This document shows positions 7,902-15,256 of a DNA stretch of 22,353 nt, one piece after another (positions within the stretch are counted from its first letter, which is position 1; each line of letters starts with the position of its first letter). A program made the translations under genes and the position numbers. The DNA is from Pseudomonadota bacterium (lineage in GTDB: Bacteria > Desulfobacterota > Desulfobacteria > Desulfobacterales > RPRI01). The stretch is from contig JBDRRF010000070.1 of the NCBI GenBank assembly GCA_043825875.1, positions 1 to 22,353 on the forward strand, written 5' to 3'. Below the pieces are notes generated by a model. The model was given only the letters and a program-made list of their open reading frames with translations. It had not been told where the DNA came from and searched no databases.

Positions 7902-9635
7902 CTATTTATCTAATACGCTTGTAGGTTTTAGGGGAACGTAGCTCTTCTCGATATATTTTTTAGTAATATACTCACCTATCCGGTGCGTCCACCAGGGCTG
8001 ATTCCTGATCCCCAGCTCCTCAGCAATATGGTTGGCCGCACGATACCCATTCCCACCACTACTCCAGGCGATGCCGACGCCGCTTCCCGAGGCATAGAGG
8101 TTTTTTATCGGTGTGATGATGCCGCCCTTCTCAAAACCTGCGAAATTGTCCCGATTACCATAAAACATCTGGTGGGCAATCCCGGCGCCGGCCGAGAAGT
8201 CGCCCCTTATGTAGTTTGGATTTATCCTCTCCAGATCAAGAGGCGTAGTCATCCAGGAATCCAGGATATTATTTCTGCCGCCAGGACAGGCATCCCAGAA
8301 ATTTTCGATCGACTCCGTGATCATGTTTCTGAAATCCCGGTCATCCCAGACAGCTGAGCCGCCCTTGCCATAGATAGCATAGGGAACTTCCACAGAGACG
8401 TTGGCTACAGCATTGCCGGGAAACGACTGTGTTGGATCGTCCTTGTGAGGAAAACAGTAGGTCCAGGGCGTTTTAGCAATCCGGCCTCCCATCCTCTGCC
8501 CCCAGCCACCTATGTATTCTTCAAAAGAACCCGAACCCATCCCGCCAACCAGGGTATGGACGATATCAGGATCATATTTTTCCGCTGCAAAATGTGGTCT
8601 TTCTTTCAACGCATAACAAATGCCGACTAATGACACCTCCCCTTTCCAGTTGGTCTTAAGTTGCGAAATAAGCTTTCTTTCTACATGTTCCTCGCCTACA
8701 AGTTCGGTAAATGTCAAACGGGGATTTAAATTTGTTACTACCTTCTTCGCTGTTATCTCTTTCCCCGGAAACGCCGCATCATCATCAAGGATCACTCCTT
8801 TAGCTTCTCCTCCTGCAACGATAATTTTTTTTACCGGACAGCTGTTAAACAGCTTCCCCCCAAGAGCACGGAAACATCGGATATAAACGTGCGCCATGGA
8901 ATGGCAACCATGCTTGGGATGCGAATAAAAGAAGCTCAGAGGTAATAAAGGAGCCAGCAGACTCGCCCCTCCACCTGTATGATGCGGATAGATTCCGCTA
9001 CCGACAGCGAGGCTGGCACAGAACACTTTAAGCTGATCACTTTCAAACATCAAATCCAGCATTTCAAACCCGCTTAAATCTGTAACTTCATAGGGATCAT
9101 CAAAGGGTAAAATCGGGGTAAGCACATCAATCAATTTATCGAAGTTTTCCCAAGTCCAGGGCGCAGTGTAGAGTAATTCCGCGAATTTTGAGAATCGTGT
9201 ATTCTCGTCATCATAAGGCTGAGCCATGATCCCCGCTATCTCCAATATCTTATTGGCATCGTGCTCCGAAAATCTTTTAACTTTTTCAGCCGTCTGTCGA
9301 GGGTCCCAACAGTTATTCATCAAACATGTTTCGTCCTCAAAAACATATCCCCAAGCCCAGTTACTGGCACTGGGCATATGGGTATCCTGGTAACCATACC
9401 TGTCCAACTCCAGATTAAGTTGGTGCGGCATGACCGGATCGATATCTACCCAGACACATGATTGTACCAGATGTCCCGGTCGCATGGCTTCATGAACCAT
9501 CCTTCCGCCACCGGCTTCTTCACGAGCTTCAAAGATAGCAACCTTTAAGCCTGCCTTTTGCAGATAACAACCACAGACCAATCCGGAAACACCGCTGCCA
9601 ATTATGGCTATATCGAAATCTTCTTTTTTTGCCAT
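7902..9635 (-). CDS. NAD(P)/FAD-dependent oxidoreductase, phytoene desaturase-like (COG1233), divergent paralogue
   Basis: FDIAIIGSGVSGL...EAREEAGGG, TPLDLERINPN, TPIKNLYASG. AAGGAGG RBS at 9644-9650 places the start at ATG 9635. Confidence 0.9.
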   Translation of the reverse strand: MAKKEDFDIAIIGSGVSGLVCGCYLQKAGLKVAIFEAREEAGGGRMVHEAMRPGHLVQSCVWVDIDPVMPHQLNLELDRYGYQDTHMPSASNWAWGYVFEDETCLMNNCWDPRQTAEKVKRFSEHDANKILEIAGIMAQPYDDENTRFSKFAELLYTAPWTWENFDKLIDVLTPILPFDDPYEVTDLSGFEMLDLMFESDQLKVFCASLAVGSGIYPHHTGGGASLLAPLLPLSFFYSHPKHGCHSMAHVYIRCFRALGGKLFNSCPVKKIIVAGGEAKGVILDDDAAFPGKEITAKKVVTNLNPRLTFTELVGEEHVERKLISQLKTNWKGEVSLVGICYALKERPHFAAEKYDPDIVHTLVGGMGSGSFEEYIGGWGQRMGGRIAKTPWTYCFPHKDDPTQSFPGNAVANVSVEVPYAIYGKGGSAVWDDRDFRNMITESIENFWDACPGGRNNILDSWMTTPLDLERINPNYIRGDFSAGAGIAHQMFYGNRDNFAGFEKGGIITPIKNLYASGSGVGIAWSSGGNGYRAANHIAEELGIRNQPWWTHRIGEYITKKYIEKSYVPLKPTSVLDK

Positions 9636-9728
9636 TTTCTCTTCCTCCTTTAACTGTATCAATTTACCATTATTCTATTATTGGCAAGTGAGCTGTTCCT
9701 TTTGCAATATGGCCCAATGCTTCTTTTT

Positions 9729-9746
9729 TTGCATGAAATGCGCCAA
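9729..9746 (-). promoter_or_regulatory. sigma54 (-24/-12) promoter for the flavoprotein operon
   Basis: Minus strand reads TTGGCGCATTTCATGCAA, exact GG-N10-GC spacing, about 95 nt upstream of ATG 9635 and divergent from a bEBP gene. Confidence 0.75.
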
Positions 9747-9796
9747 AACATATATAACTGAAAATACAGATGCTTAAGTAGAAGTAGCCAAATAAT

Positions 9797-9861
9797 TATA
9801 TTATGCTACACTTTTATATGTATTATTTTGCACTTTTTATAAAAAAGTGTATTATGCTGCA
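9797..9861. promoter_or_regulatory. Three candidate bEBP upstream activator boxes
   Basis: TATATTATGCTACA (9797-9810), TGTATTATTTTGCA (9819-9832), TGTATTATGCTGCA (9848-9861). Confidence 0.55.
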
Positions 9862-9890
9862 TATAGTTTATAGCAAAATATGGAAAAAAT

Positions 9891-11444
9891 ATGTCTATAG
9901 ATAAAAATCATTTTTTCCGGGAGGCCACTTTGCGTATTTGCGGCAGTCTGGAAATCGAGAAAGCGTTCTGGGATTGTTTAATGTACATCCGGGACTATAT
10001 ACCGGCAGATATCATGCTCGTCACGCTTTATAAACCCGGGGTGGGAATGGGGGAAACCATTGCCAGGGCCGATTGCAGCGGCGGAGAGCTTACCTCAATC
10101 AAAACTGTAGTCCCGGCGGATACACAACGGCTTATCGACGAAATTACAAATAACCCTCAGATTATATCGAAAGTACTTGTAGCCGACCGAATTGGCGATG
10201 ACCCGATTATGGCACCTTTGTCGGAAGTTACCGGCCGTCCCGATGTCTCCGTTATGCTGATCGGGCCAAAGCTGAAATGGAATCTATTTAGCTCAATTCT
10301 TGTCGGTAATAACAGGGGCAAAAAGTATTCCGTGAAACATGTGCGACTGTTTACACTTCTGAATGAGCCCTTTGCCATCGCCCTCAGCAACTATCTGCGT
10401 TACCGGGAGGTCTTGCGACTAAAGGAGCTTCTGGCAGATGACATCCGGTATTTGCAGAAAGAGTTGCGGCAGCAAGTGGGTGAAGAGATCGTGGGAGTCC
10501 ATTTAGGTCTGAATCAGGTCATGGAAATGGTCGACCAGGTGGCACCACTTGCCAGCCCTGTCCTGTTGCTGGGCGAAACGGGAACCGGGAAAGAAGTAAT
10601 AGCTACGGCCATTCATAATCTGTCGCTTCGCAGAACCGGTCCATTTATTAAGGTTAATTGTGGCGCAATTCCTGAATCACTTATGGACAGTGAGCTTTTT
10701 GGCCATGAGAAGGGAGCATTTACCGGCGCCTTTTTTCAGAAACGTGGCCGCTTTGAGCGGGCCCAGGGCGGCACAATCTTTCTTGATGAGATCGGCGAGT
10801 TAACGCCGGGTGCACAAATCAAGTTATTGCGTGTGATCCAGGAAAAGGAAATCGAACGTGTTGGTGGGACAGAAACTATCAAAGTTGACATTCGAATCAT
10901 CGCCGCCACGCACCGTAATCTGGAAACCATGCTGGCTGACGGTAAATTCCGCGAGGATCTCTATTTCCGCCTCCGGGTTTTCCCCATAGTAATTCCGCCG
11001 CTGCGTGATCGGCGCGCAGATATTTCGGCTCTTGTACAATATTTTATGACGAAGAAAGCCCGGGAGATGGGTTTTATGAAGGTTCCAACTCTCGCACCCG
11101 GAGCTATCGACAAACTCATACATTACGACTGGCCCGGCAATGTCAGGGAACTGCAGAACGCTGTCGAGCGCGCTCTTATCCTTAGCAGGGAAAGACCGCT
11201 GGACTTTGACAATCTGGGCCACACTATCCCTCACACAAATATCGTAATACCGACAACTGGCGTTGGAAGCACCCTAAGTCTTGAAGAAATAACCTCACAA
11301 GCGATTGTAAGGGCAATGAAGATAACCGGTGGTCGTGTAGGCGGGGAAAGAGGTGCTGCAAAGCTTTTAAAAATAAATCCTTCGACACTTAGGATGAAAA
11401 TGCGAAAGCTCGGTATTCCCTTTGGTCGTAAAGGAGGGGTATGA
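9891..11444 (+). CDS. sigma54-dependent transcriptional activator (bEBP), paralogue of 166..1689
   Basis: [56 protein letters not shown]. Shares the N-terminal [15 protein letters not shown] motif with 166..1689. Confidence 0.95.
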   Translation: MSIDKNHFFREATLRICGSLEIEKAFWDCLMYIRDYIPADIMLVTLYKPGVGMGETIARADCSGGELTSIKTVVPADTQRLIDEITNNPQIISKVLVADRIGDDPIMAPLSEVTGRPDVSVMLIGPKLKWNLFSSILVGNNRGKKYSVKHVRLFTLLNEPFAIALSNYLRYREVLRLKELLADDIRYLQKELRQQVGEEIVGVHLGLNQVMEMVDQVAPLASPVLLLGETGTGKEVIATAIHNLSLRRTGPFIKVNCGAIPESLMDSELFGHEKGAFTGAFFQKRGRFERAQGGTIFLDEIGELTPGAQIKLLRVIQEKEIERVGGTETIKVDIRIIAATHRNLETMLADGKFREDLYFRLRVFPIVIPPLRDRRADISALVQYFMTKKAREMGFMKVPTLAPGAIDKLIHYDWPGNVRELQNAVERALILSRERPLDFDNLGHTIPHTNIVIPTTGVGSTLSLEEITSQAIVRAMKITGGRVGGERGAAKLLKINPSTLRMKMRKLGIPFGRKGGV

Positions 11445-11467
11445 AAATTCCAAGGCCAATTATAATA

Positions 11468-11609
11468 GAGCCACTTTCAAAACGTTTCAGTTTGGTCAAG
11501 GTCAAGGCGGGTGAAAATTTTAACCGCAGGAATACATGGAGTATTTCGAGGATTAAAATTTTCAACCAACGCAGAGATCGGCCAAAGTGGGACGTTTTGA
11601 AACTGGCTC
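11468..11609. mobile_element. MITE-like palindromic element, copy 2 (inverted relative to copy 1), with AATA target-site duplication
   Basis: TIRs GAGCCACTTTCAAAACG / CGTTTTGAAACTGGCTC (16/17). AATA at 11464-11467 and 11610-11613. Confidence 0.85.
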
Positions 11610-11641
11610 AATAGATTCCCATATGCTTGAATAAGGTCTGC

Positions 11642-12238
11642 TTAATTTTCATCTACTGCTATTTCTACCCTTCGATTGTTTTGTTTATTGGCTTTATTGA
11701 TATTGGGTGCCAACGGCATAGCTTCGCCGTAACCATAGACATTCAATCTTGCTTCCGGCATGGAAAAGTGTTTAACAAGATAAGATTTTACTGCCCGGGC
11801 ACGGTTTAAACTAAGTTTTAGATTATAGTCATCATTGCCGTCTGAATCCGTATGCCCCTTAACCAAAATGGTTTGATCTTTTAGTTTATCCGAAGTAAGA
11901 ACATTTCCGAGTTTATCCAGAAGATCAAAAGATTCCGGCCTGATCTTATAGGAATTAACATCAAATTCGATTTTAAGGTTAACGGATTTTTTTGATGCAC
12001 CATCTGAAACAATAATTTTCTGTTGGGTAATTTGCTTATTTTCAAAACCGACTATTTTGATGGCACGGGTCTTATTTATGCCCAGAGAACGGGTTTTTAT
12101 TTGGGGTTTTTCTTCAGTCAATGATTTTAAAATGCCTTCTTCACTAGTCTGAAAATTTAAATCTCTTGTCTCTATTGCTACGGTATAGTGAGCCATAAAA
12201 AATATCAAAACAAAAATTATAAATATAGATTTTTTCAT
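11642..12238 (-). CDS. Exported OmpA-family peptidoglycan-binding protein (OmpA_C-like domain only)
   Basis: Signal peptide MKKSIFIIFVLIFF..., IEFDVNS, GHTDSDG...YNLKLSLNRA.AV, GYGE..P, NRRVEI. RBS AAGGAG. Confidence 0.92.
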   Translation of the reverse strand: MKKSIFIIFVLIFFMAHYTVAIETRDLNFQTSEEGILKSLTEEKPQIKTRSLGINKTRAIKIVGFENKQITQQKIIVSDGASKKSVNLKIEFDVNSYKIRPESFDLLDKLGNVLTSDKLKDQTILVKGHTDSDGNDDYNLKLSLNRARAVKSYLVKHFSMPEARLNVYGYGEAMPLAPNINKANKQNNRRVEIAVDEN

Positions 12239-12256
12239 TGTACTCCTTTTTTTTGC

Positions 12257-15256
12257 TTAATTCTTTATTGTTCCGGAATCGGATAAGCCGCTTGGCATTA
12301 CCGGCATGTTCGATAATACTTGCGGCGAAACCATTTGCGGTGTTTGGGGCCCAATCTGTTTTAGACGAAGTTTCTCCACTATAGGTACTGCACAATCAAA
12401 AACCTCCTTAAGTGACACCCATCCGTCACGGTTTTTGTCAGAATCAGGTTTCAGTGCATTCAAAAGGGAATATGTAAAAAGTCCGTGTTTTGCCGGTGCA
12501 TATTCCTGTGATTCCTCATTGGACTTGGATGCAACGATTATAGCAAACTGAGATGCGGCAGAGCGCTTCATAAGTGAATGGGACTCAAATTTCCCCCCGA
12601 TACTACGCGCCTGGCATGTATCGACTATCAGTACGCGCCGTCCGGCTGCATATCGCAGGGCATCGAAAAATACCTTCCATGAAATCAGCGAAGTCGTTTT
12701 TTCGCCTTTTTGTGCATTAATTATATCATATCGAATGACATCACGCGGAACAAAATAGTAATTGCCTGCAAGGTCGCTTAAACCGTGAGATGCCAGAAAA
12801 ATTACCACCGTATCGTCAGGTCCCGCCCGCTCAACAAACTTTAAAGCAGACACGATTGTTTTACGGTCAGGCTTATCTTTACTGTGGTCGGAAATAGTAT
12901 GAATATGAATTTTTTTATAGTTTTTTGTAGAATGTATTTCCCATTTACGTCCGAATTCTTCTGCATCCTGTGCGGCATAATCAAGATAGTTATGTTTGGG
13001 AAGGGCAGGGAACCTGTTTACACCTACCGCCAGCATATACAGATTACCCTTAACGGTCTTATGACTTGTATCTTTAGACAAGCCAATATAGGTTTCTGCC
13101 ATTCCCATTGACACACCGTTGAAGGCTTCTACCCGTATTACATTTTCACGGGCAGACAGGTTTAACTGAAATATGCGGCTGAAGCTGTCTGTTTCATTGC
13201 CTGAAAGTCTGCGCTCATTTGACGGGATTACAGGAATATGATTAACAAAAACACTGAAATCCCGGATTCCCAGAGTATTTTTCTCGCCCTTAAGCTCAAG
13301 TGTAAGCTGAATATGTCCGTTGTCATCTTCTATCAGTTTTGTTGGTTTCAGCAAAAGTCTTGGTGGCGCGATTTTTCGCAAACGGGCGATTCGAAAATCG
13401 GCATTTTGCGGTGTAGTTACCACATTATGCACAATATAATCCTGAGATTTGCTAAATGATGATGTTACGATATCGGGACGATAGAGTATTCGATCAAACT
13501 GTACTGCACGGTAAAAATCGGGAGTCAGATCCTTACCACGGTTAATTTGCCAGCCGACATAGTTATCTCCGTACACGGAAGACATGTAATAGCCATCCGG
13601 TACCCAGGCAATCCAGTCTTGGCCGTTTTTATGAGGAAAATAAGCAAGTACTTCCCTGCCATCCTGCATCCGGTACCAGCGAATCGTGCCATCGGATATA
13701 GCTGCTACGGCAAAAAGGTTGTTGCGGCTGATATTTACACTCCAGGCCACAGCAGGCAGCTTGACATTCCAGATTTCGGAAGCATCGGGCCGCAGCAGGC
13801 GCAGAGCCCACTCAGTGCCTAAAAGCACGCTCTTGCTGTCAGGAGCAATGGCATAAGAACGTGAAAACTCGTAATCTTCCAGTTTTGGTGTTTTACCATT
13901 GATTTTCGGTTTAAAGCTGTTCTTCCACTCTAAAACTGTGATGCCTTTGGCCTTAAGAATTGGTTCAAATACCTGTTCATCCCGGAAATTTATCCCATCC
14001 TGGTCGCCTCCGCCAAATACCGCAAAGCTGCGCTGTATACGTTTATCTTTGTTAAGCGGATAGCGCACTATTGAGGCATTAGCCGACAATGCAAGATTTT
14101 TCCGGGCATAGCTGAAGTTTACTATATCCGGACCCCGGAATAACTTTAGTTTACCATCAGGTCCCATAACACCTAAAGCAGGATCTTCCGCGGCAAAAGC
14201 AATATCGTTATTTGGCATCTGCTGGATTTCCAAAATACGGTTATTAGTCAAAGGAATTATTTCCGGTGCATCCATCCCCTGGTTCTTCCAACGATAAACC
14301 GGAGTAAGCCCATCTCCGTCATATTGTCCGCTGGCATAGATGGACATACCGTCAGATGACCACACAACGCTTGTAAAACCCACTTGATGTTTGATCTGGT
14401 TTGTATCCGGATGATATTTTAAGGACAGATCTTTTGCAGAAATCACCGAAATTACCGGGACATCGATGAACCCTACGGCAATAGTCTTTGCATCCGGTGA
14501 GAAACGCACTGAAACCGGTTTTTTCCCTCCTGGTATAATACGGCGGCCAATCAACTTGAAATTGCGGTCATAGAGCCTTATAAAACCATCCAGTGCGGCA
14601 ACTGCGATGCGGCCTTTGCGGCTGATATCTATATCCATCAGGTCATCCCGGTACTTAACATCGGCTGCAACTGTTTTACCATCACTTAGACGCAATACCC
14701 TAAATCCGGAATATCCCTGCAATCCGACTGCAAGATGTTTTCCGTCCGGCATCCAGGATAGAGCATTTATCACATTTCCAAAACCTCCTATACGGCGTTT
14801 CAATTCACCGCTAAGCGCATCAAAAAAGTAAATGGAAGCTTTTTTATCCCAATCCCATCCTGTCCATCCGCCTGTTGCAAAAGTTCTGCCGTCCGGTGAT
14901 ACAGCTACTGCATACAACTGGCCTTCGTGACCGGCATCAATAGGAACGCGAAGCACAGACAGCAACCGCATCTGCGGCATTTGCCAAATTCTAACGGTTT
15001 TATCGTCGGAGCAGGTGATAAGGCGATTGCGTGGAAGATCTACCAAAACTCGTCTGATAAGAGTGGTATGCATGCCTGTCTCAATGCGAAGCTGCGGGAT
15101 AGTAGTAGGTTCAGCCGATAACGCCATGGTATGCCATGAACAAAAAAGTATTAAACTTAAGATAAAGGCAATAATGATAGGTGATGATACACGCTTAATC
15201 CCGCATAATCCATGTTTACGATTATCTAAGTCCGAAATCCGTTGTTTGTCCGACAC
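12257..15256 (-). CDS. Predicted exported WD40-repeat + caspase-like (peptidase C14) protease
   Basis: N-terminal hydrophobic signal or anchor. WD40 repeats (TCSDDKTVRIW, AVAVSPDGRTFATGG, ISDGTIRWY). C14 domain LYMLAVGVN...DA, FLASHG (His), IVDTCQ (Cys), HGLFTYSLL, QTP. GTG start with AGGAGG RBS. Confidence 0.9.
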   Translation of the reverse strand: MSDKQRISDLDNRKHGLCGIKRVSSPIIIAFILSLILFCSWHTMALSAEPTTIPQLRIETGMHTTLIRRVLVDLPRNRLITCSDDKTVRIWQMPQMRLLSVLRVPIDAGHEGQLYAVAVSPDGRTFATGGWTGWDWDKKASIYFFDALSGELKRRIGGFGNVINALSWMPDGKHLAVGLQGYSGFRVLRLSDGKTVAADVKYRDDLMDIDISRKGRIAVAALDGFIRLYDRNFKLIGRRIIPGGKKPVSVRFSPDAKTIAVGFIDVPVISVISAKDLSLKYHPDTNQIKHQVGFTSVVWSSDGMSIYASGQYDGDGLTPVYRWKNQGMDAPEIIPLTNNRILEIQQMPNNDIAFAAEDPALGVMGPDGKLKLFRGPDIVNFSYARKNLALSANASIVRYPLNKDKRIQRSFAVFGGGDQDGINFRDEQVFEPILKAKGITVLEWKNSFKPKINGKTPKLEDYEFSRSYAIAPDSKSVLLGTEWALRLLRPDASEIWNVKLPAVAWSVNISRNNLFAVAAISDGTIRWYRMQDGREVLAYFPHKNGQDWIAWVPDGYYMSSVYGDNYVGWQINRGKDLTPDFYRAVQFDRILYRPDIVTSSFSKSQDYIVHNVVTTPQNADFRIARLRKIAPPRLLLKPTKLIEDDNGHIQLTLELKGEKNTLGIRDFSVFVNHIPVIPSNERRLSGNETDSFSRIFQLNLSARENVIRVEAFNGVSMGMAETYIGLSKDTSHKTVKGNLYMLAVGVNRFPALPKHNYLDYAAQDAEEFGRKWEIHSTKNYKKIHIHTISDHSKDKPDRKTIVSALKFVERAGPDDTVVIFLASHGLSDLAGNYYFVPRDVIRYDIINAQKGEKTTSLISWKVFFDALRYAAGRRVLIVDTCQARSIGGKFESHSLMKRSAASQFAIIVASKSNEESQEYAPAKHGLFTYSLLNALKPDSDKNRDGWVSLKEVFDCAVPIVEKLRLKQIGPQTPQMVSPQVLSNMPVMPSGLSDSGTIKN

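Noticed and set aside
6280..9635. crtI/crtO carotenoid biosynthesis assignment
   Set aside because: Family-level similarity only. No phytoene synthase or other crt genes are nearby, so no gene symbol was given.
1..11609. Composite transposon formed by the two inverted MITE copies
   Set aside because: Copy 2 has its own AATA duplication on both sides and the copies differ by about 9%, which points to independent insertions. The left flank is outside the window.
12257..15256. Gasdermin- or CRISPR-associated caspase defence system
   Set aside because: No gasdermin, cas gene, array or STAND NTPase is in the window, and the protease appears to be exported.
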